From positions 1,240,001-1,304,000 of the forward strand of contig NZ_JABEZU010000001.1 of NCBI RefSeq assembly GCF_013149785.1: a DNA stretch of 64,000 bases. The letters run 5' to 3'. The notes beneath the pieces were generated by a model. It ran no database searches, was not told the origin of the DNA, and was given only the letters and a program-made list of their open reading frames with translations. Made by a program: the position numbers and the translations under genes. How positions within the stretch are numbered: the first letter of the stretch is position 1; each line of letters begins with the position of its first letter. The DNA is from Isoptericola halotolerans. GTDB taxonomy: Bacteria > Actinomycetota > Actinomycetes > Actinomycetales > Cellulomonadaceae. This document shows positions 20,318 through 30,362 of this stretch, one piece after another.

Positions 20318-20324
20318 GACGACC

Positions 20325-20543
20325 TCACGGCTCGCCCAGCCTGATGTCGGCGTACGGGTCCGGCCTCCTCGACGGGGAAGCGGTCGAGGAGTCCCCGGAC
20401 TCGGTGGCACGAGCACGCAGCGCCTCGACGAGCGTGCCGGCCGCCGACCGGATCCTCGCGTACTGCTCCCGGCCCGCGCGGGTGCCGGCCACGTACCCCA
20501 GCCCGAAGAAGATCGCCCGGCCGAGCGTCCTACGACCGATCAT
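20325..20543 (-). CDS. Small membrane-anchored protein with YtxH-like N-terminal motif
   Basis: FFGLGYVAGTRAGREQYARI; ATG 20543 preceded by GGAGG. Confidence 0.7.
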   Translation of the reverse strand: MIGRRTLGRAIFFGLGYVAGTRAGREQYARIRSAAGTLVEALRARATESGDSSTASPSRRPDPYADIRLGEP

Positions 20544-20742
20544 CCTGGTCCTCCTGGTCGTGCGCGTCCTGCCGGTCCCGGATCGCCGAGACAGCGGCAC
20601 TGAGCGCTGTGACCCCGGCCACGGTGCCGAGCGAGACCAGTCCGGTCCTCACCGCCGTGCTCCCGGAGCGCTTCGACCCGCCGCCCAGCGCCTCCGTGGC
20701 ACGACGGACCAACGACTTCTTGCGGAACGGAAAAGCCATCAT
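20530..20742 (-). CDS. Small hypothetical protein with one hydrophobic helix
   Basis: ATGA coupling to upstream stop; basic N-terminus, TGLVSLGTVAGVTALSAAVSAI segment, acidic tail. Confidence 0.6.
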   Translation of the reverse strand: MMAFPFRKKSLVRRATEALGGGSKRSGSTAVRTGLVSLGTVAGVTALSAAVSAIRDRQDAHDQEDQDDRS

Positions 20743-21656
20743 GATGCCCTCGCCTTCCGACCGCGTCGCGGGACACGGTCTCGGATCTCCTCGACGACCT
20801 CGGCCTTGCGCGTCGAGCGACTGATCTGCAGCCCCATCTCGCCCGCGAGGTCGAGCAGCTGGTCCTTCGTCATGTCGTCGAGGTCCAGCGGGTCGGTGTC
20901 GGCGTCGGCGCCGAGCTCTCGCCCCTCCGACGCGGCGGCCTCCGTGCGCTGGTCGACGGCGTCCGCCCGCCGTCGAGCAGCCTGCGCCTGGTCCTCGGCC
21001 TGGCCGGCGATACGTTCGGCCCGCTCGCTCGCCTCGTCGGCGGCCTGCCGGGCGGCGGCCGACGCCTCCTCGGCCAGCTCGCGGGCGTGTCCGAGCTGCT
21101 GCCTGGCTCGTTCGATCGCCTTCTCGGCGCTTTCCTGGGCCTTCTCGGCGCGTTCCTGCGCCTGTTCCAGCTGGGCGTCGACGTCGGCCTGCGTGGAGTC
21201 GACCCGTCGGGCCGCGAGCACCTCGGCGCGGTCCTTCTTCGCCGCGACGTAGGCGTCCGCCTCCTGTCGCGCGTCGTCCACCACCCGGGAGATCTCGCGG
21301 TCGGCCTCCTCGCGCGCGGCCTCGACCCGCTGCCGACCCTCGGCCTCGACCTGCGCGACGGCCTCGGACTGCTCCTTGGCGTTCTCAGCCTCTTCGTGGG
21401 CGAGGGTCTCGAGCTCGTGGGCCCGCTCCATGGCGGCGTCCACGCGGGCCAGCCGGCTGTCGGCACCGTCGCCGAACGGCACGGCGTCGGAGACCGTCGC
21501 CGCGGCGTGCCGTCCGACGTCCCGGAGGCTGTTCCCGGCGCTCTCCGCCGGGCCCTTCACCGTCGAGTCGAGCGCCCACACCAGATTCTTCGGGAGATCG
21601 GCCAGGCCGCGCCGCGCCTGGTGCCCCAGCCATGACAGGGGGTTCGAGCTCATCAT
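20739..21656 (-). CDS. Ala/Glu-rich coiled-coil protein with C-terminal Rho-N-like helix-extension-helix domain
   Basis: About 190 aa A/E/Q/R-rich helical tract; LDDMTKDQLLDLAGEMGLQISRSTRKAEVVEEI; AAGGAG SD. Confidence 0.78.
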   Translation of the reverse strand: MMSSNPLSWLGHQARRGLADLPKNLVWALDSTVKGPAESAGNSLRDVGRHAAATVSDAVPFGDGADSRLARVDAAMERAHELETLAHEEAENAKEQSEAVAQVEAEGRQRVEAAREEADREISRVVDDARQEADAYVAAKKDRAEVLAARRVDSTQADVDAQLEQAQERAEKAQESAEKAIERARQQLGHARELAEEASAAARQAADEASERAERIAGQAEDQAQAARRRADAVDQRTEAAASEGRELGADADTDPLDLDDMTKDQLLDLAGEMGLQISRSTRKAEVVEEIRDRVPRRGRKARAS

Positions 21657-21838
21657 CGATCGCTCCTTCTCGTGTCTGCCGACGCCGCAGCACCTCGTCT
21701 GCTGCGTCGGCCCCCCGCTCGTTCAGAGAACGGCGGATCCGTCGAGCACGCAACCCCACCTTCACCTGTGGCCCTCACCACGCGTGTCGCCGATCACGAA
21801 CCCGGTGACCAGGGCCGTGCGCGGATAGGCTGCCAGCC

Positions 21839-22642
21839 GTGAACGACGCCCCCATCGGGATCTTCGACAGCGGGGTGGGCGGTCTGACGGTCGCCCGCTC
21901 GGTGCTCGACCAGCTCCCGCACGAGCAGCTGCACTACATCGGCGACACGGCGAACGGCCCGTACGGCCCCAAGCCGCTCGCCGCCGTGCGCGCGATGGCG
22001 CTCGCGGTGATGGACCGGCTCGTCGACGACGGCGTGAAGATGCTCGTCATCGCGTGCAACTCCGCCTCCGCCGTCGCGCTGCGTGACGCCCGCGAGCGGT
22101 ACACCGTGCGCCGGGGCATCCCGGTGGTGGAGGTGATCCTGCCGGCGGCCCGCCGCGCCGTCGTCGCCTCCCGCTCGGGCCGCATCGGCGTGATCGGGAC
22201 CAAGGCCACGGTCGACTCGCTGGCGTACGACGACGCGTTCGCCGTCACCCCGGGCCTGCAGCTCACGAGCAAGGCGTGCCCCGAGTTCGTGCGGCTGGCC
22301 GAGGAAGGGACGACGTCGGGCCCCGAGGCGCTGGAGATCGCCACCGAGTACCTCGCCCCGGTCAAGGCCGCCGGGGTGGACACGCTCGTGCTGGGCTGCA
22401 CCCACTACCCGTTGCTGACGGGTCCCATCTCGTACGTGATGGGCCAGGACGTGACGCTGGTGTCCTCGGCGGAGGAGACCGCGATGGACGTGTACCGCAA
22501 GCTCGTCGCGCACGACCTGGAGCGTCCGCTCGACGCGCCGCCCCCGGAGCACCGTTTCGCGACGACGGGTGACCCGCAGCAGTTCGAGCGTCTCGCGCGG
22601 CGTTTCCTCGGGCCTGAGGTCAACCTCGTGGAGGCGGCATGA
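21839..22642 (+). CDS. murI: Glutamate racemase
   Basis: [32 protein letters not shown]. Confidence 0.97.
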   Translation: MNDAPIGIFDSGVGGLTVARSVLDQLPHEQLHYIGDTANGPYGPKPLAAVRAMALAVMDRLVDDGVKMLVIACNSASAVALRDARERYTVRRGIPVVEVILPAARRAVVASRSGRIGVIGTKATVDSLAYDDAFAVTPGLQLTSKACPEFVRLAEEGTTSGPEALEIATEYLAPVKAAGVDTLVLGCTHYPLLTGPISYVMGQDVTLVSSAEETAMDVYRKLVAHDLERPLDAPPPEHRFATTGDPQQFERLARRFLGPEVNLVEAA

Positions 22643-23442
22643 GACTCGTGCCCGTCGGTGTCTCCGGCTCGCTGCCCGGGCCCGACTCGCCGGCCTCGAG
22701 CTACCTGGTGCAGGCCTCCGACGGGGAGCGGGACTGGAGCGTCGTGCTCGATCTCGGCTCGGGTGCTCTCGGTGCCTTGCAGCGGCACGTCGACCCGCTG
22801 GACATCGATGCGGTGGCCCTGTCGCACCTGCACCCGGACCACTGCGCCGACCTCAGCGGGCTCTACGTGTACCTGCGCTACCACCCGGTGCGTGGCTCGC
22901 ACCGCAGCGGGGTGCCCCGTCGTCTGCCCGTCCTGGGTCCGACGACCTCCCGTGAGCGGGCCGCCGAGATGTACGGGCTGGCCCCGGGCGAGGACATGGA
23001 CGCCGAGTACGCGTTCCGGACCTGGGAGCCGGGCCGGGCCGTGCAGGTCGGCCCGTTGACGCTCGAGGCGTTCCCCGTCCTGCACCCGGTCGAGGCGTAC
23101 GGCATCCGGGTGACCGGCCCGTCGACACGGCGGCCGGGGGAGCAGACCACCCTGGTGTTCTCCGGCGACACCGACTACTGCGACTCCCTCGTCGAGGGTG
23201 CTCGCGGCGCGGACCTGCTGCTGTGCGAGGCGGCCTTCCTCGAGGGTCGCGACGACGGCGTCACGGGTATCCACCTGACCGGGCACCGCGCGGGCCGGGT
23301 CGCCACCGAGGCGCGGGCCGCCCGTCTGCTGCTGACCCACCTGACCGTCTGGACGGACCCGGCCGATGCGCTGGCCGAGGCGCGCGGCACCTACGACGGG
23401 CCGCTGGACGTGGCCGTCCCCGGCCAGGTGTACGAGCTGTGA
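22639..23442 (+). CDS. MBL-fold metallo-hydrolase (RNase Z/phosphodiesterase-like, conserved next to murI)
   Basis: SHLHPDH, HPVEAYG, SGDT, HLT, LTHL. Confidence 0.88.
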   Translation: MRLVPVGVSGSLPGPDSPASSYLVQASDGERDWSVVLDLGSGALGALQRHVDPLDIDAVALSHLHPDHCADLSGLYVYLRYHPVRGSHRSGVPRRLPVLGPTTSRERAAEMYGLAPGEDMDAEYAFRTWEPGRAVQVGPLTLEAFPVLHPVEAYGIRVTGPSTRRPGEQTTLVFSGDTDYCDSLVEGARGADLLLCEAAFLEGRDDGVTGIHLTGHRAGRVATEARAARLLLTHLTVWTDPADALAEARGTYDGPLDVAVPGQVYEL

Positions 23443-23822
23443 GCACGGTGACGCCGGCGCGGCGCGTCTGGCCTGCCGCCGTCGGCGACGTCGTGTCCGT
23501 GGGGGCCTTCGCGGTCGTCGGCACGGCCAACCACGGGTCCGGCGGGTCGCTCGGCCACGTGCTCGCGGTCGCGGCCCCGTTCCTGATCGGGCTGGCCGTC
23601 GGGTGGCTCGTCGCCCGGGCCTGGCGCGCTCCCGCCCGGCTGTGGCCGACCGGCGTCGTGGTCTGGGCCGCGACGGTGGTGCTCGGGCTGGCGCTCCGGC
23701 CGCTGTTCGTCGGTGGGCTCGAGTGGTCCTTCGTGCTCGTGACGGCGGGCTTCCTCGCGGTCACGATGCTCGGCTGGCGCACGATCGCGTCTCTGATCCG
23801 CCGGGCCGCCAGCTCCCGCTGA
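23439..23822 (+). CDS. DUF3054 membrane protein
   Basis: D...V..FA.VG...H, AAPFLIG, GVVVW..T...G..LR, LGWR. Confidence 0.82.
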   Translation: MSTVTPARRVWPAAVGDVVSVGAFAVVGTANHGSGGSLGHVLAVAAPFLIGLAVGWLVARAWRAPARLWPTGVVVWAATVVLGLALRPLFVGGLEWSFVLVTAGFLAVTMLGWRTIASLIRRAASSR

Positions 23823-23823
23823 G

Positions 23824-23898
23824 GGTTGTGGGCGCGATTTCTGGCCTGCGATACCCGCTCAGACCAGGCAAAACGGGCCAGAGATCGCGCCCACAACC
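23824..23898. repeat. 75-bp element with 23-bp terminal inverted repeats (1 mismatch)
   Basis: GGTTGTGGGCGCGATTTCTGGCC ...29 bp... GGCCAGAGATCGCGCCCACAACC. Confidence 0.85.
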
Positions 23899-23920
23899 GC
23901 ACCACCGGGGTGGGGCGGCG

Positions 23921-24589
23921 TCAGAGGGCGGCGGCGATCTCGGGTGCGAGCGCGCGCAGCGCCTTGCCGCGGTGGCTGATCGCGTTCTTCTCGTCGGGGC
24001 TCAGCTCCGCCGACGTGCGGGTGCCGGGCCGGCCGTCCGGCGTCGTCGGCTGCTCGGTCGGCACCAGGATCGGGTCGTAGCCGAAGCCGTGCGTGCCGCG
24101 CGGCTCGCGCACCAGCACTCCCGGCATCTCGCCGAGGCACACCTCCTCGCGGCCGTCGGGCGTCACGAGCGCTGCCGCGCAGACGAACGCCGCGCCCCGG
24201 TGCTCGTCGCGCACGTCGCCGAGCTGGGCGAGCAGCAGGCCGAGGTTCGCGACGTCGTCGCCGTGGCGGCCGGCCCAGCGTGCCGAGAAGATCCCCGGTG
24301 CCCCGCCGAGCACGTCGACGCTGAGCCCCGAGTCGTCGGCGACGGCGGGCAGCCCGGTGGCCCGCGCGAGCGCCCGGGCCTTGATCAGCGCGTTCTCGCC
24401 GAACGTCACCCCGTCCTCGACGGGCTCGGGGGCGCCGAGGTCACCGGCGCTGACGACGGCGTCGTCGGGCAGCGAGTCCAGGCCAGGCCGGGCGCGCAGG
24501 ATCGCCAGGAGCTCGACGAGCTTCTTGCGGTTGTGCGTGGCGACGACGAGCCGGGCCGACGACGGGACGGCGACGGTGCTGGCGGCCAC
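23921..24589 (-). CDS. rdgB: Non-canonical purine NTP pyrophosphatase
   Basis: ATHNRKK, TFGENA.IKA, DDSGL, PGIFSAR, GFGYDPI, KNAISHR. Confidence 0.96.
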   Translation of the reverse strand: MAASTVAVPSSARLVVATHNRKKLVELLAILRARPGLDSLPDDAVVSAGDLGAPEPVEDGVTFGENALIKARALARATGLPAVADDSGLSVDVLGGAPGIFSARWAGRHGDDVANLGLLLAQLGDVRDEHRGAAFVCAAALVTPDGREEVCLGEMPGVLVREPRGTHGFGYDPILVPTEQPTTPDGRPGTRTSAELSPDEKNAISHRGKALRALAPEIAAAL

Positions 24590-24591
24590 GG

Positions 24592-25326
24592 TCAGAGCTC
24601 CTGGGCGAGGGCGGCCTGCTGCAGCGCCGTCAGCTCGGCCGTCCCGGCCGTGGCGAGGTCGAGCAGCGCGTCCAGCTCGGCACGGTCGAACGGGACGCCC
24701 TCGGCGGTGCCCTGCACCTCGACGAAGGACCCGGTGCCCGTGGTGACCACGTTCATGTCGGTCTCGGCGCGGACGTCCTCCACGTAGGGCAGGTCGAGCA
24801 TGGGGGTGCCGTCGATGATGCCGACGCTCACCGCGGCGACCGAGCCGGTGAGCACCTGCTTGCCGCCCTTGACGTGCCCGTGCCGAGCGCCCCAGGCGAC
24901 CGCGTCCGCCAGGGCCACGTAGGCGCCGGTGATCGCAGCGGTCCGGGTGCCCCCGTCGGCCTGCAGCACGTCGCAGTCCAGCACGATCGTGTTCTCCCCG
25001 AGGGCGGTGACGTCGACGACGGCGCGCAGGGAACGGCCGATGAGCCGGGAGATCTCGTGCGTCCGGCCGCCGATCTTGCCCTTGACGGCCTCACGCTGCG
25101 AGCGGGTGTTCGTGGCGCGCGGCAGCATCGCGTACTCCGCGGTGACCCATCCCTCGCCGGAACCCTTCTTCCAGCGGGGCACGCCCTCGGTGAACGAGGC
25201 GGTGCACAGCACACGGGTCCTGCCGAACTCCACCAGGACGGAGCCCTCGGCGTGCTCGCTCCATCCCCGGGTGAACGTCACGGGTCGGAGCTGGTCGGGC
25301 GTGCGGCCGTCTTCGCGAAGCGTCAT
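24592..25326 (-). CDS. rph: Ribonuclease PH
   Basis: [48 protein letters not shown]; start placed at ATG 25326 after a TAGGGT -10. Confidence 0.96.
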   Translation of the reverse strand: MTLREDGRTPDQLRPVTFTRGWSEHAEGSVLVEFGRTRVLCTASFTEGVPRWKKGSGEGWVTAEYAMLPRATNTRSQREAVKGKIGGRTHEISRLIGRSLRAVVDVTALGENTIVLDCDVLQADGGTRTAAITGAYVALADAVAWGARHGHVKGGKQVLTGSVAAVSVGIIDGTPMLDLPYVEDVRAETDMNVVTTGTGSFVEVQGTAEGVPFDRAELDALLDLATAGTAELTALQQAALAQEL

Positions 25327-25344
25327 GCCGCCCACCCTATCCAC

Positions 25345-25406
25345 CGCCGAACAGGAACCTGGGCCCGCTTTCGACAGTCGAAGCGGGCCCAGGTTCCTGT
25401 TCGGCG
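25345..25406. repeat. Perfect 26-bp inverted repeat (probable terminator or REP-like element)
   Basis: CGCCGAACAGGAACCTGGGCCCGCTT-10 nt-AAGCGGGCCCAGGTTCCTGTTCGGCG, 3 bp after the LytTR gene stop. Confidence 0.9.
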
Positions 25407-25409
25407 TGG

Positions 25410-26225
25410 CTACATGCCGAAGCGGCGGCGCAGCTCGCGGGCGTGTCGGCGCGAGACCTCCACCCGGGAGCGCTGCCGGTCCGCCATCACCACCACCAGC
25501 GAGCCCTGGAAGTCCGGCACCAGCTCGCGCACGTGGTCGAGGTTGACCAGGTACGAGCGGTGCGCGCGGAAGAAGTGCCCGCGCAGGCGCCTCTCCAGCT
25601 CGTTGAGCGACATCGTCACCAGCAGACGCTCGTCGGCCAGCTTCAGGTAGGAGTACCCGCGCGCCGCGCTCGCGTAGACGATCGACGCCCCGTCCACCAA
25701 CACCGTCCGGCCGTCCTTCTGCACCGGGATCCGCACCAGCGGATCGCGTTCGTCCTGCGGTGCGGAGTCCGACGAGCGCGCCGAGGAGCTGCCCCCCTCG
25801 GCACCGGTCCCCGGGCCGCCCGACGTCGCGGGGGGCGCTGCGCTGCCCGGCGCTGCGCCGTCCTCCGCCCCGAGCGCTCGGTCCAGCGCTCGTCGCAACC
25901 GGTCGGCGTCGAAGGGCTTGAGGAGGTAGTCGACCGCCGCGAGGTCGAAGGCGTCGACCGCGTGATCCGGGTAGGCCGTGGTGAAGATGACCTTGGGCGG
26001 GTGCGGGAGGTCGCGGAGTGCCGCCGCGACCTCCAGCCCGGACCCGCCGGGCATCCGCACGTCCAGCAGCACCAGGTCGTAGTCGAGGGAGCCCAGCAGG
26101 AGGAGGGCTTCCTCACCGTTGGTGGCCTCGCCCACGACCTGGACCTGCCCGACCTCCTCGAGCAGGTAGCGCAGCTCGGCCCGGGCGGGGGCCTCGTCGT
26201 CGACGATCAGGGCCTTGGGTCGCAT
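25410..26225 (-). CDS. LytTR-family response regulator
   Basis: IVDDE, LLDVRMP, FTTAY, DYLLKP receiver; [11 protein letters not shown] and VSRR LytTR domain. Confidence 0.95.
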   Translation of the reverse strand: MRPKALIVDDEAPARAELRYLLEEVGQVQVVGEATNGEEALLLLGSLDYDLVLLDVRMPGGSGLEVAAALRDLPHPPKVIFTTAYPDHAVDAFDLAAVDYLLKPFDADRLRRALDRALGAEDGAAPGSAAPPATSGGPGTGAEGGSSSARSSDSAPQDERDPLVRIPVQKDGRTVLVDGASIVYASAARGYSYLKLADERLLVTMSLNELERRLRGHFFRAHRSYLVNLDHVRELVPDFQGSLVVVMADRQRSRVEVSRRHARELRRRFGM

Positions 26226-26231
26226 CGGGCG

Positions 26232-27527
26232 TCACCTTAACGGGATTCGCAGGTCCACGGTGGTCCCCTTGCCAGGGGTGGAGGCGACGTCGAACGAGTA
26301 CCGGTCGCCGAACAGCGAGTCGAGGCGCTGGGAGATGTTCCACAGCCCCACGCCCGAGTGCTGCGTGCTGCCGGCCCCGGGGCGTTCTCCCGCCAGCAGC
26401 CGTTCCAGGACCTCCGGCGCCATGCCGACGCCGTCGTCGCTGACGCGGATCGAGGTGGTCCGGGTCAGGGGGTCGACCCGGGCGCGCAGCTGGACCGTGC
26501 CGCCGGTCACCGAGTCCGCGATGCCGTGCTTGACCGCGTTCTCCACGATGGGCTGGATGACCAGCACCGGTACGCGTGACGTGAGGACCTGCGGGTCGAG
26601 GTCGTAGCGCACCCGCAGCCGGTCGCCGAACCGCGCCTGCTCCAGGGACACGTACGTCCGCACGAAGAAGTACTCCTGGCTGAACTCGGCGAAGTGACCG
26701 TCCTGGCGGACCGCGTAGCGGAAGAAGTCGCTCAGCCGCAGCAGGAGCTGGCGCGACTCCTCGGGATCGGTGCGCGACTTCGAGGCGATCGTGTTGAGGA
26801 TGTTGAACAGGAAGTGCGGGTTGATCTGTGCGCGGAGCGCGTCGAGCTTGGCGTCGGAGGCCAGGTGGCTCTCACGGTCCATCTCGGCGAGCTCGAGGTG
26901 CAGGGACAGCATGGAGGCCATGTCGTCCACGAGCACGCGGGGCGCCGGTTCGTCGTGGACCCGGTAGACCTTGAGCGTGCCGACCACCCGGTCGGCGACC
27001 GCCAGCGGGGCGACGACGGCGGTGCGCAACGGGCAGCCAGGTTCCGGGCAGCCGATCCCGTCGCGGGCGTGCATGACCACGGTGCGCTTCTTGTCCAGCG
27101 CCAGGCGCGAGACGCGCGTCTGCAGCGTGCCGCCGACGTGGTGGTGGTCGGAGCCCGGGCCGACGAAGGCGAGCACCTGCTCGGTGTCCGTGATGGCGAT
27201 CGCGTCGCCCCCCAGCAACGGCCGGATCAGCTCGGCGGTCCGGCGCGCGGCGTCCGGGGTGAGCCCGTTGCGCAGCGGCATGGAGCGGCCGGCGGCCGCG
27301 ATCGTCAGCCCGTCGCGTACCCCTCGTGGGTCGCGGGGCCTGCGAGGCCCGCGGGGGCCCCGCAACGCCGACGGGTAGCCGAGGACGACGACGGTGCTCA
27401 CCACGAGGCCTGCCGCGAGGGTGGGCAGCACCCCGAGCGGTGGCACGACGAGCACCTGCGTCACGAGGTAGACGGCCGCCCACGTGCCGACCAGCACGCC
27501 GGCCAGCAGCCGGCTACCCCCGCGCAC
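26232..27527 (-). CDS. LytS/YehU-type sensor histidine kinase (two TM helices, GAF-like domain)
   Basis: LRAQINPHFLFNILN, EQARFGDRL, QPIVENAVKHG, DDGVG, GVGL.N. Confidence 0.93.
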   Translation of the reverse strand: MRGGSRLLAGVLVGTWAAVYLVTQVLVVPPLGVLPTLAAGLVVSTVVVLGYPSALRGPRGPRRPRDPRGVRDGLTIAAAGRSMPLRNGLTPDAARRTAELIRPLLGGDAIAITDTEQVLAFVGPGSDHHHVGGTLQTRVSRLALDKKRTVVMHARDGIGCPEPGCPLRTAVVAPLAVADRVVGTLKVYRVHDEPAPRVLVDDMASMLSLHLELAEMDRESHLASDAKLDALRAQINPHFLFNILNTIASKSRTDPEESRQLLLRLSDFFRYAVRQDGHFAEFSQEYFFVRTYVSLEQARFGDRLRVRYDLDPQVLTSRVPVLVIQPIVENAVKHGIADSVTGGTVQLRARVDPLTRTTSIRVSDDGVGMAPEVLERLLAGERPGAGSTQHSGVGLWNISQRLDSLFGDRYSFDVASTPGKGTTVDLRIPLR

Positions 27528-29214
27528 GGCGCGCCCTCCGTCCTGCCCGTCGGCGCCGGTTCTCGTCCAGGACGAGCTGCGCGAGGCGTTCGGCGTGCCG
27601 GTCGGCCGCCGTGCCGTGCATGATCAGCCACGACTTCTCGACGTCCGCGGGGGCGGTGGTGCGCAGGGACACCAGCACGGTCACCGCCGCGGCGAGCGGG
27701 GCGGCGACGAGCGTGGGCGTCACGAGCGCCTCGCGGAGCAACCCGCCGGCGGCGAACAGCCCCGCGGTGAACATCGCGACGGCCACGAGCATCCCGGTCG
27801 CCATGCCGGCCACGGCGGCGGCAGCCGTGGTGCGTCGCCACCAGATCGTCAGGAGGAAGACCGGTGTCAGGGCCGACCCTGCGATGGCGAACGCCCAGGT
27901 GACCATCGTGGCGACGATCGACGCGGTGGCCGTCGCGAAGGTCTCGGGCCGCAGCGCGAGACCCAGCCCGGCGGCGGCGCACGCCGTGACCAGCGTGGTG
28001 ACCCGTCCGGCCAGGACGGCCTGGCGCTGGGTGGCGCGGGGGTTGATGTGCCGTTCGTAGACGTCGTGACCCCACGACGCCGCGGCGGCGAGCAGCAGGC
28101 CGGCGATGGTGGACATCACCGCGATGAGCGCGCCCGCTGCGACGACCCCGAGACCGGCGTCCCCGCCGTAGATCCTGCCGAGCACCGGCAGGGCGTGCTC
28201 AGGGACCTGCAGCACCCCGTCGACGGTCAGGTCGGCGAGCCACGGGTGGTCGTCCACGGCGGTCGGGACGATCTCGCGGGCAGCGGTCCCCAGCATCACC
28301 GCCAGGGAGTAGAAGATCCCGGCCAGGCACAGCACCCATACCGTGGTGGTACGAGCCGCGGCTCCGGTCGGGGACGTGAAGTAGCGGTTCATGACGTGCG
28401 GGAGGCCGGCCGTCCCCAGGGCGAGCGTGACGATGAGGGCGAACTGGCCCAGGCCGCCGTAGCGGGCGCCGGGCTGCCCGAAGATCGCGGGCTCCTCGGG
28501 GTGCAGGGCGTTCTGCTCCGACGTGAGCCCGCCGTCGGGCGCCGGGTTCTCCAACGGTGCGCGCGACAGGTCCGCGACGGCGTCCCCGTAGTGGAAGCCC
28601 TCGCCGACGACGGTCGCGGCCAGCCAGACCAGGGCTCCGAGCAGCAGCAGGAACTGCACGGCCTGGGTCCAGGTCGTGCCCCGCATTCCGCCGAAGGCCA
28701 CGAGCCCGGCGACGACGGCCGTGGAGACCAGGATCCCGGTGGCGTACGGCGACAGCCCGAGAAGCCCGGAGCCGACCAGCAGCTCCCAGGTGATGCCGGA
28801 GCCGACCGCCTGCGGCACGAGGTACGACAGGATGACGACCTGCACCACGCCGACGGCGACCAGCCGGACCTTCTCCGAGCCCAGCCGACGTCCCAGGAAG
28901 TCGGGGATGGAGAACTCCCCGAACCGGCGCAGCGGTGCGGCCACGAAGAGGAGCACGGGGACGAACCCGGCGGCGAAGCCCACCGCGTACCAGGCGCCGT
29001 CCAGCCCGGTCGCGTAGACCGCCGCGGCGACGCCGAGGAACGACGCGGCCGAGAAGTAGTCGCCGCAGATCGCCCAGGCGTTGGTCGCCACACCGACCCG
29101 CTGACCGGCCAGGTAGAAGTCGACGGTCGACGCGCCACGCGGGCGGATGACGACGGCGACGACGGTCAGCAGGACGAGCACGCCGGCCAGGGTCAGGGCG
29201 CTGGAGCCGTTCAC
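27514..29214 (-). CDS. Sodium:solute symporter (ActP-like)
   Basis: DFYLAG, AICGDYFSAASFLG, GGMRGTTWTQ, GTAGLPHV. Confidence 0.9.
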   Translation of the reverse strand: MNGSSALTLAGVLVLLTVVAVVIRPRGASTVDFYLAGQRVGVATNAWAICGDYFSAASFLGVAAAVYATGLDGAWYAVGFAAGFVPVLLFVAAPLRRFGEFSIPDFLGRRLGSEKVRLVAVGVVQVVILSYLVPQAVGSGITWELLVGSGLLGLSPYATGILVSTAVVAGLVAFGGMRGTTWTQAVQFLLLLGALVWLAATVVGEGFHYGDAVADLSRAPLENPAPDGGLTSEQNALHPEEPAIFGQPGARYGGLGQFALIVTLALGTAGLPHVMNRYFTSPTGAAARTTTVWVLCLAGIFYSLAVMLGTAAREIVPTAVDDHPWLADLTVDGVLQVPEHALPVLGRIYGGDAGLGVVAAGALIAVMSTIAGLLLAAAASWGHDVYERHINPRATQRQAVLAGRVTTLVTACAAAGLGLALRPETFATATASIVATMVTWAFAIAGSALTPVFLLTIWWRRTTAAAAVAGMATGMLVAVAMFTAGLFAAGGLLREALVTPTLVAAPLAAAVTVLVSLRTTAPADVEKSWLIMHGTAADRHAERLAQLVLDENRRRRAGRRARRARG

Positions 29215-29546
29215 GGCCGCTCACCGGGTTCGTCCAGGGCCTCGCCGGGCGAACCCTCGGGGGTGCCGTCCAGCATCCGGTGCTCCACGGCGGACGACAG
29301 GCGTGCGACGGCGATGCCCAGGACGGCGAAGAAGACGTACAGCCCGAAGGCCGCGACGAGGAACCCGGGGCTCATGCCGCCCGCGAGCCTGGCCTGGGAC
29401 CACCAGTCCAGGGTCAGGGTGAGCACCGGGAAGGCGGCGACGGCGAGCAGGAACACGACGAAGTAGCCCACCGCCACGCGCCGCAGCGTGCGGAAGGTGG
29501 CGTCCACCTCCGCCGGGGTGTGTCCCGCGTCGACGTCGTCGTCCAT
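29211..29546 (-). CDS. Small symporter accessory membrane protein (DUF485-like)
   Basis: Two TM helices, 111 aa, GTGA-coupled upstream of the symporter. Confidence 0.65.
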   Translation of the reverse strand: MDDDVDAGHTPAEVDATFRTLRRVAVGYFVVFLLAVAAFPVLTLTLDWWSQARLAGGMSPGFLVAAFGLYVFFAVLGIAVARLSSAVEHRMLDGTPEGSPGEALDEPGERP

Positions 29547-29620
29547 GAGGGTGCCACCCTACGGAGCGTCCGCGCTGCGGACCAGTCCCCGGCCTCGCCC
29601 TGCCGGGCGCGCCCGAGACG

Positions 29621-30085
29621 TCACGCGGGCGGGGCGACGGCGGGGGTGCGGATCAGCCTGACCGTGGTGGCGAGCAGGATGACCGCACCACCGGCGACCA
29701 TCACGAGCCCGATGCCGGGCATCGCCTGTCCCCAGGCGTCGGTGGTGGCGCTGACCTGCCCCAGCCGGACGAGCTGCCAGACGGCCACGAAGCCCGCGCC
29801 GCCGCCCGCGACGAGTCCGTGGGAGATCGCCACCCAGCGCCGCGGGAGGAGGGCTCCTGCCACGGCGACGAAGCCGGCGCACAGGGTCCACAGCCCGGGA
29901 CCTGCCGTGCCGCTGATGCTCCCGAAGGGTGTGAGGACCCAGGGCAGGAGGCTGCCGACGACCACCACCAGGGCGCCGACCAGGAGCCCGATGCTGCCGG
30001 GGTGCAGGATCTGCTTGCGCGGCTTGCCGGTGCGGCCACCCGCTCGGAGCAGGTTGCCGAGGGACGCGCTCGTCGTCGAGGCCAT
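29621..30085 (-). CDS. Hypothetical membrane protein
   Basis: Four hydrophobic segments, GSLLPW motif; TAGAGT -10 six bases before ATG. Confidence 0.7.
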   Translation of the reverse strand: MASTTSASLGNLLRAGGRTGKPRKQILHPGSIGLLVGALVVVVGSLLPWVLTPFGSISGTAGPGLWTLCAGFVAVAGALLPRRWVAISHGLVAGGGAGFVAVWQLVRLGQVSATTDAWGQAMPGIGLVMVAGGAVILLATTVRLIRTPAVAPPA

Positions 30086-30134
30086 GGGCCGACTCTAGGC
30101 ATGCACCGGGCGGTCTCGACCTCGCTGCTCGGCC

Positions 30135-30296
30135 AACGGTCCGATTCGTCCGGCGAACGGTCGCACGACGACCGCGACCGGTCGTGGTGCAGGCCGGGCC
30201 GTGCTGCGCCGCTCGGAGGACGACGTCGTCCGTTCGCGAGACGGTCCCGGCCGTCGGGAGACAAGACCTTGTGACCAGTACGAACGGTGCGATTCG
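30135..30296 (+). promoter_or_regulatory. Candidate LytTR direct-repeat sites
   Basis: AACGGTC at 30135 and 30156, ACCGGTC at 30177, GACGGTC at 30240 (21-bp phase); AACGGTnCGATTCG at 30135 and 30283. Confidence 0.5.
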
Positions 30297-30362
30297 CTCG
30301 GCCCGTACGAGGACGTACCCCGGGCGACGGTGCCCGGTGGTTCGCGACGAAGGGAGCGTCCG

